Both the position numbers and the translations under genes were made by a program. Positions 19,004 through 26,833 of a DNA stretch of 27,879 nucleotides are shown here, piece after piece. The DNA is from Bacilli bacterium (GTDB lineage Bacteria > Bacillota_I > Bacilli_A > ML615J-28 > CAG-698), in contig DATCKF010000040.1 in the NCBI GenBank assembly GCA_036562395.1, forward strand, positions 1 to 27,879. Reading direction: 5' to 3'. Under the pieces are notes generated by a model. That model saw nothing but the letters and a program-made list of their open reading frames with translations. It was not told the origin of the DNA and made no database searches. Every line of letters begins with the position of its first letter. Positions within the stretch are counted from its first letter, which is position 1.

Positions 19004-20813
19004 ATTCAATAACATAGGCGATATTACGCCATACATTAAGGAAATTATTTAATTTATACTCTTCATAAACATTTGGCATGTTTGGATCATTTGCAAGAAT
19101 ATAAATTTCATTATTCTCAATACGATATCCACGGACAACAATTAAATGTCCCGATGTCGTCCAAGTTCTTCCGATTTCCCCAATCATTGTTCCCTTTACA
19201 GAGGCAGCAATTGGTCCTACAGTATCTAAATGATATAATAATTCTTGATATGAATACATTCTCTTAACATAACTTACTTCACCAAAGGCGCTCATACCAA
19301 CGGTATTATAGACCCAGTTACCATAGATATTATGCTCATAATCCTTTACAAGCCCAGCAATATAGCGATGTTCATAATTATCATAACTTGAGAAATTATG
19401 ACCTTTAAACTTAAGAAGCATTGTTGATGATGTAGCACTACAAATAATGTCACCAATTTCTGGAACAACATTTTGATTAAGTTTTGGAACATCATAATCA
19501 CGAGTTCTACTGATATTATCGATATTTACAGGATAACTATAATTAGGAATATTTAAAGCACTAGCAAGTAATGTTACTTTTGGTGTTTCAGTAGTAGTAT
19601 TAGTTCTTTTTAAAATAATTTTAAATTGTAAAGCAGATGCTTTTTTATTATTTTTCACAATTATCTCATCAGTTGTTAACTTTGCAATATTATCTTCTTG
19701 ATTTACAGCTCTATTTTGTAATCCTAATCCCCATTCTCCATATGAAAAATACTTGCTCCAATTATTATCAACTCTGACACGAATAAATAATTCACATGTT
19801 GCAGTTGTTGATGAGGTTGCTGCCCATGATGCTACTGCTTCTGTAAAGCCAAGCGTTTCATAAACTTCACTTTCATATGTTCCACTAGTAGCTTCATTAG
19901 TTAAGACGAGTAATCCATTCTTTATTTCAAGATTTTCCTTTTCGCCTAAGAAAGTGCGATCTAAGATTAAATGGTTATTTTTTGATACGATCACAGTAAA
20001 TTCCCTCCTATCCCCTGTGTTTAATGTTAATGTTAATTTGATTTCTGCACGACCACTAAAACCTTGAGCTATCGTTCCGTTATCAAGTAAAACATCATGA
20101 TTATTTGATTCCCAAGTGCCAGTCATATTAAAGGCAAACGTGGTTGGTAAATTGATGTTGTTTGCAATATTTGTTGCAATCTCAATATGATTAAAGACAT
20201 ATTCAACTTGTTCAGCTTTTGATAAAGCAATGATTGTAATTGGAATTTTTTTATTATATGTTCCTTCAGTAATGGTTGCAGTTACAGTTAATTCAATATC
20301 CGTATTATTAGGAATTAAGCCTACTTTTCCATCATTAGTTAAGGCAGATTGATTATTTGATGTATATGTTAAGTTTACTCTTTTTCCTTCATACGTCACA
20401 TATTTCGGAAGGGTAAGATTGGAGCTTGTTGAAAGGGGGATATTAAGGATATCAATAGCACTTTCTAAAAATGACTCAATATCTAAAGCTAAAACAGTAA
20501 TTGTAAATTCTTTAGTCTTATAATCATTTGTTGATGTAAGTGTTAATGTTAAGGTAACGGTTTGATTTTCAAACCCTTGTTTGATAACTCCTTCGGAACT
20601 AATAATATTTTCATCACTACTATTCCAAATGGCAAGAACCTCTTCACCATTTAAATCATATTTATCAGGTAATGTTAAATCTTCGTTTACTTCTTCGGGA
20701 AGATTTATTTCATTAAGCAAATCTTCTAATGTTTTGGTTGGGGTATTGTTATTATTTTTGGATCCACATCCAGCTAGGATTAAAAGTAATCCGATTAAAA
20801 GCAATTTTTTCAT
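19002..20813 (-). CDS. lipoprotein with three Ig-like repeats and a C-terminal C39-like cysteine peptidase domain
   Basis: Lipobox LILAG-C after MKK plus a hydrophobic stretch; three ~85-aa repeats (L-x-LP...W-x-S-x-N/D...G...V-x-LT-x-T...F-x-ITV); papain-like triad Q...ICSATS, GHLIVVRGY, ANDP. Confidence 0.85.
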   Translation of the reverse strand: MKKLLLIGLLLILAGCGSKNNNNTPTKTLEDLLNEINLPEEVNEDLTLPDKYDLNGEEVLAIWNSSDENIISSEGVIKQGFENQTVTLTLTLTSTNDYKTKEFTITVLALDIESFLESAIDILNIPLSTSSNLTLPKYVTYEGKRVNLTYTSNNQSALTNDGKVGLIPNNTDIELTVTATITEGTYNKKIPITIIALSKAEQVEYVFNHIEIATNIANNINLPTTFAFNMTGTWESNNHDVLLDNGTIAQGFSGRAEIKLTLTLNTGDRREFTVIVSKNNHLILDRTFLGEKENLEIKNGLLVLTNEATSGTYESEVYETLGFTEAVASWAATSSTTATCELFIRVRVDNNWSKYFSYGEWGLGLQNRAVNQEDNIAKLTTDEIIVKNNKKASALQFKIILKRTNTTTETPKVTLLASALNIPNYSYPVNIDNISRTRDYDVPKLNQNVVPEIGDIICSATSSTMLLKFKGHNFSSYDNYEHRYIAGLVKDYEHNIYGNWVYNTVGMSAFGEVSYVKRMYSYQELLYHLDTVGPIAASVKGTMIGEIGRTWTTSGHLIVVRGYRIENNEIYILANDPNMPNVYEEYKLNNFLNVWRNIAYVIE

Positions 20814-20918
20814 TATTAACCTCTCCTATATTTTTATTTTACCATATGAATAAGGAAAAATAAAGACAAAGATGATTGCAAAAGCAAAGAATTAATGTAT
20901 AATGTAGATGGTGAAATT

Positions 20919-21905
20919 ATGATAAAAGAAATTGATAAAAATATGAAAGATAGTACGAATTCAGTTGATGAAGTAAAATGGATTGATTTAAATAATCAAT
21001 ATTTAAGGGGACTCGCATTTTCAAATAATTTTTCACGCTTAGATAAAAATCATTTTGTTAGTGAAAATGTTCGTTATTTACAGAAACATCCAAGTGGAGT
21101 TAATATTACTTTTAAAACAAATGCCAAAGTAATAAAGATTAAAGCTGAAGTTGATAATGTTAGTTATATGTCACATATGACAGCAATTGGGCAAATTGGT
21201 TTTGATTTATATTATCTATATGAAGATAAATTTGTCTTTGTTGCCACAACCAAAATCAATCAAAAAAGTTATGAAGTTACATTATTAAATAATTTAGATG
21301 AAACCGAAAAAACATTCCGCCTATATTTTCCTTTATATATCGGGGTAAACGAAGCAAAGATTGGAATTAATAATGATGCAAATCTAAAATTTTATAAACC
21401 GCAACAAGAAAAGATTGTTATTTATGGAACATCAATTTCACAAGGAGGTTGTGCAACAAGACCAGGAATGAGTTATTCCAATATTTTAGATAGAATGACA
21501 AATTATGAATTTATCAATCTTGGTTTTTCAGGAAGTGCCCATTTAGAAGAAGAAATGGCGTATATTCTTAAATCAATTCCCAAAAAATATTTAATATTAG
21601 AAGTTGAAGCTAATAATACAACTAAATCTTTACAAGAAAAATTACCGAAGTTTTTAGATATATTAAAGGATGAAAAGATTATTTTGATATCACATTTTCC
21701 TCATCCGCAAGTATTATTATATCCTGATTTAAAATCAGCATTTGATATCAATTTTGAATTTCAAAAGCAATTTAATAATCTTACATTTATTGATGGCAAA
21801 GAGATGTTAAAAGAATTTAATTATGATGAAACGGTTGATACAACACATTTAACTGATTTAGGATTTTATTTTGTTGCTAAGTATTTAAAAGATTATTTAA
21901 AATAA
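20919..21905 (+). CDS. SGNH/GDSL hydrolase family protein (lipase GDSL_3-like with N-terminal beta domain)
   Basis: YGTSISQGG (block I), NLGFSGSA, DTTHLTDLG (block V D-x-x-H). Likely start ATG 20919 behind GGTGA; TTGCAA-16-TATAAT at 20876-20903 overlaps the track start. Confidence 0.85.
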   Translation: MIKEIDKNMKDSTNSVDEVKWIDLNNQYLRGLAFSNNFSRLDKNHFVSENVRYLQKHPSGVNITFKTNAKVIKIKAEVDNVSYMSHMTAIGQIGFDLYYLYEDKFVFVATTKINQKSYEVTLLNNLDETEKTFRLYFPLYIGVNEAKIGINNDANLKFYKPQQEKIVIYGTSISQGGCATRPGMSYSNILDRMTNYEFINLGFSGSAHLEEEMAYILKSIPKKYLILEVEANNTTKSLQEKLPKFLDILKDEKIILISHFPHPQVLLYPDLKSAFDINFEFQKQFNNLTFIDGKEMLKEFNYDETVDTTHLTDLGFYFVAKYLKDYLK

Positions 21906-22015
21906 AAAGAAGGACCTTATGGGTATGCCAATTATGAAAACAAAAGCTTATGTTTAGGTCCTTCATTACAATATATGAAAAAAGACTTGATATATGCAAG
22001 AAAGAAGGGGTGAAA

Positions 22016-22882
22016 ATGGATTATTATACAATCGATTTTGAAACAGCCAATGAGATGCTAACAAGTGCTTGTAGTATTGGGATTTGCGGTGTAGAAAATA
22101 AAAAGATTGTTTTCGAGAAATATTATTTGATTAATCCTGAAGAATATTTCTCCCCTTTTAATATTATGATTCATAACATCAAAGAAGAAGATGTAAAAGA
22201 CGCTCCAAATTTTCAAGAGTTATGGGATGAAATTAAAATCTATTTTGATAACACGATTGTTTTTAGCCATAATGCGAGTTTTGATTTTACTGTTTTAAAA
22301 TGTTTATTTGAAAAATATAAAATTTCAAAACCAACTTTTCATTTTGGCTGTACAGTTAAAATTGCCAGGGGATTATGGAATGATCGAGAACTTCCTAATC
22401 ATAAATTAGATACAGTTGCGAAATATTTAGGAATTGAGTTTAATCATCATCATGCTTTAAATGATGCTAGAGTATGTGTTGATATCATCAATGCTGGATT
22501 AAAAATGTATCAAGTATATGATGTATGTGAATTATATCAAAATTTATCTTTGAAATTTGGATATTTGGGTCCGGATAATTATTATAATACTTTCAAACTA
22601 CCAAATCGATATCGCAAAGGGATCAAGATTTGCGGCGATTCATTAAAAGACAAGTTGTTAGTAATCTCAGGTAATCCCAAACAAATGAAGAAAAAAGAGT
22701 TTCTTTATAAAGTTATTGAAAATGGTGGATATATTGATACGAAAGTAAGTAATAAATGTGATTATTTTGTGATGTTAAATGGGTATGATGGAGAAAAGTT
22801 AGAACAAGTAGAGTTATTAATAAAGCAAGGAATTAATATCAAAATTTTAACTGAAGAGATGATTTTAGAAATGGTGAAATAA
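22016..22882 (+). CDS. DnaQ-like DEDDh 3'-5' exonuclease with C-terminal BRCT domain
   Basis: IDFETAN (ExoI), HNASFD (ExoII), HHALNDA (ExoIII); C-terminal V-I-S-G...GG-x-x-x-x-x-V-x-x-K-C-D-Y BRCT pattern. Start moved to 22016 behind GGGGTG. Confidence 0.87.
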   Translation: MDYYTIDFETANEMLTSACSIGICGVENKKIVFEKYYLINPEEYFSPFNIMIHNIKEEDVKDAPNFQELWDEIKIYFDNTIVFSHNASFDFTVLKCLFEKYKISKPTFHFGCTVKIARGLWNDRELPNHKLDTVAKYLGIEFNHHHALNDARVCVDIINAGLKMYQVYDVCELYQNLSLKFGYLGPDNYYNTFKLPNRYRKGIKICGDSLKDKLLVISGNPKQMKKKEFLYKVIENGGYIDTKVSNKCDYFVMLNGYDGEKLEQVELLIKQGINIKILTEEMILEMVK

Positions 22883-23700
22883 TGTATTTGCAAATTGATC
22901 ATAATTTTTCTAATCAAACCTTAGAATCTTTTTTTAACTTTTATCATTTATCAAAGCAGACAGTATCCCAACTTGCAAAAGGCAAAAAAATATTTGTCAA
23001 TGATCAAGAAGTGGATTTAAATTGCAAGTTGCAAATAAATGATATTCTATATATTGACTTTCAAGATCATAAAAAGATACCACAATATAAAGGGAAAATT
23101 GATATTATATATGAAGATGATGATCTTTTAATCATCCATAAAGAACCGAATATTCTTGTCCATTCTGATGGTAATAGTATTGATACACTTGCTAATCGCA
23201 TCAGCTTTCATTATCAAAATGAAGAATATTGCCCTCGGCATATTCACAGACTAGACTATGAAACTAGTGGAATGGTAGTGTTTGCGAAAAATCCATTGGC
23301 ATTAAGTTATTTAGATAATTTAATTGCTAGTCATCAAATGAAAAAAGAATATATTTGTTTATGTCATAATGCATTTGTGAAATTAAAGGGAACAATTGAT
23401 TATAAGATTGGTAAAGACCGCCATGAGAATAAAATGCGTATTAGTACTACTGGTAAAGAAGCTAAAACGATTTATCAAGTTCTAGAAAATGGTCCGATAA
23501 GCAAAGTAAAAGTGCAAATTGTTGGGGGCAGACGTCATCAAATAAGAGTTCATATGGCTAGTATTAATCATCCCCTTATTGGCGATAAACTATATGGCAA
23601 AGGTGAAGATGAACGCTTAATGCTTCATTTTCAAAAGGTTGAATTTATTCATCCGCGTACACTTAAGACATTTATATGTGAAGATAATAATTATTTTTAG
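22882..23700 (+). CDS. RluA/RluD family RNA pseudouridine synthase
   Basis: S4-like N-terminus, IHKEPNILVH, catalytic HRLDYETSG, GRRHQIRVH, PLIGDKLYG; TAATG coupling with the upstream gene. Confidence 0.93.
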   Translation: MYLQIDHNFSNQTLESFFNFYHLSKQTVSQLAKGKKIFVNDQEVDLNCKLQINDILYIDFQDHKKIPQYKGKIDIIYEDDDLLIIHKEPNILVHSDGNSIDTLANRISFHYQNEEYCPRHIHRLDYETSGMVVFAKNPLALSYLDNLIASHQMKKEYICLCHNAFVKLKGTIDYKIGKDRHENKMRISTTGKEAKTIYQVLENGPISKVKVQIVGGRRHQIRVHMASINHPLIGDKLYGKGEDERLMLHFQKVEFIHPRTLKTFICEDNNYF

Positions 23701-23711
23701 AGGTGAAATAA

Positions 23712-24698
23712 ATGAGAAGACTAGGAAAAACTGATTTGGTAATAAATGAAGTAGGATTTGGGGGAATTCCCATTCAACGCGTTGATAAAGAGACCGTTAA
23801 AGATATTATTAAAGAATTGATTAATCAAGGAATTAATTTTATCGATACTGCTAGAGGTTACACAATTAGTGAAGAATATTTAGGGGAAGCATTAATCGGA
23901 GTAAGGGATAAATTTATCATTGCTTCAAAATCAATGGCAAGAACTTATGAAACAATGAAAAAAGATATCGAAATAAGTTTACACAATTTAAAGACAAATT
24001 ACCTTGATTTATATCAATGCCATAATGTCCAATTAGGTGAAGATATTAGTGGTGCAATTAAAGCGCTACTTGAAGCTAAAGAAGAAGGTAAAATCAGACA
24101 TTTAGGAATTACGAGTCATAGTTATGAATTTTTAGATCAATTACTAGATCAAGATTTGCCATTTGAAACAATCCAATTTCCGTATAATTTTTTGGAAACA
24201 AAAGCGGAAACGTTATTTAAAAAAGCTAATGTTAAAGATTATGGAGTTATCACTATGAAACCATTAGCAGGTGGCGCAATTGATAATGGAAAAGTTGCCA
24301 TAAAATATATTTTAAACAATCCTCATGTTAGTGTTGCAATTCCAGGTATGGCAAGCGTCGAAGAGGTTAAAATAAATGCAAGCGTAAAAGATTTCACTTT
24401 AACAGAAGCAGATTATAATTATATCGAAAAAGTTCGAAGTGAGCTTTCAGAAGATTTTTGTCGAAGATGTGGGTATTGCTTACCTTGTACCGTAGGTATT
24501 AATATTCCCGGAGCATTTCTTTTTGAAGGTTATTATAAACGTTATAATTTAAAAGAATGGGCCATTTCTCGCTATCAAACATTAAGTGTCAAACCAGATG
24601 CTTGTATTGAATGCGGAAAATGTGAAACAAGATGTCCATATAAATTAAAAATCATATCGAAATTAAAAGAAGTTAGAAAAACTTTTGCAGGTGTATAA
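23712..24698 (+). CDS. aldo/keto reductase with C-terminal 4Fe-4S dicluster domain
   Basis: GFGGIPIQR, FIDTARGY, YLDLYQCH, MKPLAGG; CRRCGYCLPC and CIECGKCETRCP. Confidence 0.92.
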   Translation: MRRLGKTDLVINEVGFGGIPIQRVDKETVKDIIKELINQGINFIDTARGYTISEEYLGEALIGVRDKFIIASKSMARTYETMKKDIEISLHNLKTNYLDLYQCHNVQLGEDISGAIKALLEAKEEGKIRHLGITSHSYEFLDQLLDQDLPFETIQFPYNFLETKAETLFKKANVKDYGVITMKPLAGGAIDNGKVAIKYILNNPHVSVAIPGMASVEEVKINASVKDFTLTEADYNYIEKVRSELSEDFCRRCGYCLPCTVGINIPGAFLFEGYYKRYNLKEWAISRYQTLSVKPDACIECGKCETRCPYKLKIISKLKEVRKTFAGV

Positions 24699-25181
24699 AT
24701 GGATTTAAAGAAAAAATATCATATAGTGCAAACAATAATCTGGGCAATTACAATTATTAGTTTATTTGTAATCATTATTATCAATAAATCTGAAAAAGAA
24801 TATCGTTATTTTACTTATATTTTTTATAGTGGATATATGATTGTTCCCCTTTTATTAACTCTATCACAAATCTATTTCTATTATCGATTCGATATCGGTG
24901 ATAATAGTATATATGCCATCATCCCTTTTGTAAGTAAAATCATTTTACTCTTATTTGCAATGATTAGTTTTATTGATGCCTTAAAATTAACAGGAAAAAT
25001 TATTATTTTTAGTGTGATTATTTTAATTTGCTTATATAATCTTTATGCGATTTACATCCTTCGGAAAAAAGGTTATAAGTTTAATTTATTTACAATTTTA
25101 ACTGTTATATCGCTTTTATTATTGTTTGCTTTTTTAATCGTCGGTGTATATGTCAGTTGGAATTATAGCGTGAAATGGTAA
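24699..25181 (+). CDS. hypothetical membrane protein (about 5 TM segments)
   Basis: 160 aa, highly hydrophobic, starts directly after the AKR stop; no family recognised. Confidence 0.7.
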   Translation: MDLKKKYHIVQTIIWAITIISLFVIIIINKSEKEYRYFTYIFYSGYMIVPLLLTLSQIYFYYRFDIGDNSIYAIIPFVSKIILLLFAMISFIDALKLTGKIIIFSVIILICLYNLYAIYILRKKGYKFNLFTILTVISLLLLFAFLIVGVYVSWNYSVKW

Positions 25182-25209
25182 AAGAGACCTTAATGGTCTC
25201 TATCTTTTT
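25181..25209. terminator. bidirectional intrinsic terminator
   Basis: AGAGACC-ttaat-GGTCTCT with an A-tract before and a T-rich tract after, between convergent genes. Confidence 0.8.
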
Positions 25210-25970
25210 ATTAATCCTACGATTTTTATTTGCTTTTTCTTATGTGGTTCGACTTTATCAACAATCAATTTTAAGATATTATCATCAACAACATAAATGT
25301 TCTGTTCTTCGTCATCAATTAAAACTTTTTCTATTTCGTAATCATCAGGAAGTAACGTTTTAACTTCAACATCCGTTGCCACTTCATTACCGATGTTTTC
25401 AAGATTAATTTTATAATCATATGGTTTATTTGGATAAACGACATCAATTTCTTCAATATCACATAGAATCTTTGCAAATTTCTTTGTTAAAACAACAGGA
25501 TCAGTTTTTAATGTGTTATTATTATCAACTGTAACTGTTGAAGTTGATGTTAAATTATCATATTCTTCTTCATATTCATCAACTACAGTTTGATATGTTA
25601 TATATAAACTGCGATGTGGTTGCAGATTGGAAATAATAAATTCCAATTGATTATCCCGTTTGATAAATTTAAAAGGTTGTGCTGATTCAATACAAGATAA
25701 TTTTACTGATCCATCAACAAGCTTTTGACGATTGATATCTTCGTGAACGATTACTTCCTCTGCTGGATAATTACCTTCATTAGTTAAGATGATATTATAT
25801 GTTACAATATCACCAGGTTTAAAAAATTGGGTATCAGCAAACCGTTTAATTTTGACCAATACTTCACGAATCGTCGGATTTACCGCATTAGAATTTGTCC
25901 TTCCTTGAACAATCATATCACCTAAACTATAGTTATAATTGACTATTGCTCTCGTTTTTGTATTTTTCAT
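25200..25970 (-). CDS. DUF11 (conserved repeat domain)-like protein with two beta-sandwich repeats
   Basis: PGDIVTYNIILTNEGNYPAEEVIVHEDI and PNKPYDYKINLENIGNEVATDVEVKTLLP match the DUF11 pattern; RBS AGGAGG; no signal peptide. Confidence 0.75.
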   Translation of the reverse strand: MKNTKTRAIVNYNYSLGDMIVQGRTNSNAVNPTIREVLVKIKRFADTQFFKPGDIVTYNIILTNEGNYPAEEVIVHEDINRQKLVDGSVKLSCIESAQPFKFIKRDNQLEFIISNLQPHRSLYITYQTVVDEYEEEYDNLTSTSTVTVDNNNTLKTDPVVLTKKFAKILCDIEEIDVVYPNKPYDYKINLENIGNEVATDVEVKTLLPDDYEIEKVLIDDEEQNIYVVDDNILKLIVDKVEPHKKKQIKIVGLIKR

Positions 25971-25993
25971 AATCGAATCCTCCTATCTATAAA

Positions 25994-26021
25994 AATATAT
26001 GACTAAAAAATACAATTATGT
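25994..26021 (-). promoter_or_regulatory. sigmaE/sigmaK-like (mother-cell type) promoter of the DUF11 gene
   Basis: Minus strand ACATAAT-N13-CATATATT, just upstream of the RBS; no clear sigmaA promoter seen there. Confidence 0.5.
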
Positions 26022-26115
26022 ATACAACCTATTAATTTCTATATGTTTGTACATAGCAATTTGTAATGTCAATCTTTAGAATTTTTCATAATATATATTG
26101 AAAGGAGGAATAGTT

Positions 26116-26253
26116 ATGACAACAGTAAATCAATGCGGTAATATTAATCCATGTTGCGATAATACATTATATGGTTTTAGAAGAGGAAACAACTTTGCTT
26201 TTGTACTTGTGCTCTTTATCCTACTAGTAATTGTTGGAGCTGCTTGGTTCTAA
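26116..26253 (+). CDS. YjcZ/SscA family small sporulation membrane peptide (45 aa)
   Basis: Not in the track. MTTVNQCGNINPCCDNTLYGFRRGNNFAFVLVLFILLVIVGAAWF; the C-terminal FAFVLVLFILLVIVGA is the family signature (F-x-x-I/V-V-V-L-F-I-L-L-I-I-V-G-A); strong RBS AAAGGAGG. Confidence 0.88.
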   Translation: MTTVNQCGNINPCCDNTLYGFRRGNNFAFVLVLFILLVIVGAAWF

Positions 26254-26259
26254 TTGCCT

Positions 26260-26282
26260 AAAGAGGATAGCTGTCCTCTTTT
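26260..26282 (+). terminator. intrinsic terminator after the YjcZ-like gene
   Basis: AAAGAGGA-tagctg-TCCTCTTT-T. Confidence 0.7.
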
Positions 26283-26300
26283 ATAATGGAGGTGTGAAAG

Positions 26301-26459
26301 ATGAATAACCGTGAAGTTCGTAGTCTTTCTCAACTGATAAATCAAGCAATTGATGCATATGAAACGTTATTAAGGGACTTACAATATCGTGAAGTAAGGC
26401 CTAAAAAGCGTTCAAATTTTGGAAAGATTAAAGAATTTCTATTCAAAAGAGTGTTTTAA
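26301..26459 (+). CDS. small hypothetical protein (52 aa)
   Basis: Not in the track. MNNREVRSLSQLINQAIDAYETLLRDLQYREVRPKKRSNFGKIKEFLFKRVF; RBS GGAGGTG and its own terminator. Confidence 0.7.
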   Translation: MNNREVRSLSQLINQAIDAYETLLRDLQYREVRPKKRSNFGKIKEFLFKRVF

Positions 26460-26476
26460 CAGTAAATAAAAATACA

Positions 26477-26509
26477 AAGAACAGACGTAAATGTCTGTTT
26501 TTTCTTTTT
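26477..26509 (+). terminator. intrinsic terminator after the 52-aa ORF
   Basis: AACAGAC-gtaaat-GTCTGTT-TTTTCTTTTT. Confidence 0.8.
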
Positions 26510-26567
26510 ACTTCGACATATTCTTTTATAATTTCTCAAAAAATTGAGAAAATTTACAAAAAAATAC

Positions 26568-26596
26568 TTGCAATTTTATTTTCATTATGTTAGAAT
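26568..26596 (+). promoter_or_regulatory. sigmaA promoter of the riboswitch-mreB transcript
   Basis: TTGCAA (26568-73), 17 nt spacer, TGt-TAGAAT (26591-96); predicted +1 near 26603, just before riboswitch P1. Confidence 0.8.
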
Positions 26597-26607
26597 TTAA
26601 GTGTGTA

Positions 26608-26704
26608 AAATAAATATTCAAAGGGCAACTACTCGGAAACGATTAGAACGCAAAGTCACAGAGCTAAGGAGAAATCTATGCTGGCTGGGCCGCAATATTT
26701 ATTT
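26608..26704 (+). promoter_or_regulatory. cyclic di-GMP-I (GEMM) riboswitch aptamer
   Basis: P1 AAATAAATATT (26608-18)/AATATTTATTT (26694-704), 11 bp; J1/2 CAAAGGGC; P2 CTACTCG-GAAA-CGATTAG with GNRA loop, then ACGCAAAG; P3 GTCACAG-AGC-TAAGG...CTAT-GCT-GG-CTG-GGC with tetraloop-receptor-type TAAG/TATG. Equivalents of Vc2 G20 (26624), A47 (26652) and C92 (26693) are in register. Confidence 0.93.
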
Positions 26705-26775
26705 AAAAGATTATCATTTGACACCTTATGCCTGCTCGCATATTTTTTTGTGATATCTTAAATATTGCCAGGAAC

Positions 26776-26805
26776 GCTCCTTTGAATAAGGGAGTTTTTT
26801 GTTTT
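26776..26805 (+). terminator. riboswitch-controlled intrinsic terminator (expression platform)
   Basis: GCTCCTTT-gaat-AAGGGAGT followed by TTTTTGTTTT, between the aptamer and the mreB RBS. Confidence 0.85.
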
Positions 26806-26833
26806 GCACAAAAAATCTTTTAAGGAGGATAGT

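Noticed and set aside
26608-26704. cGAMP-sensing GEMM-Ib variant
   Set aside because: The discriminating position 20 is G (26624), not A.
26804-26833. TTG start giving a 355-aa MreB
   Set aside because: The TTG is inside the terminator U-tract with no RBS; ATG 26834 has AAGGAGG.
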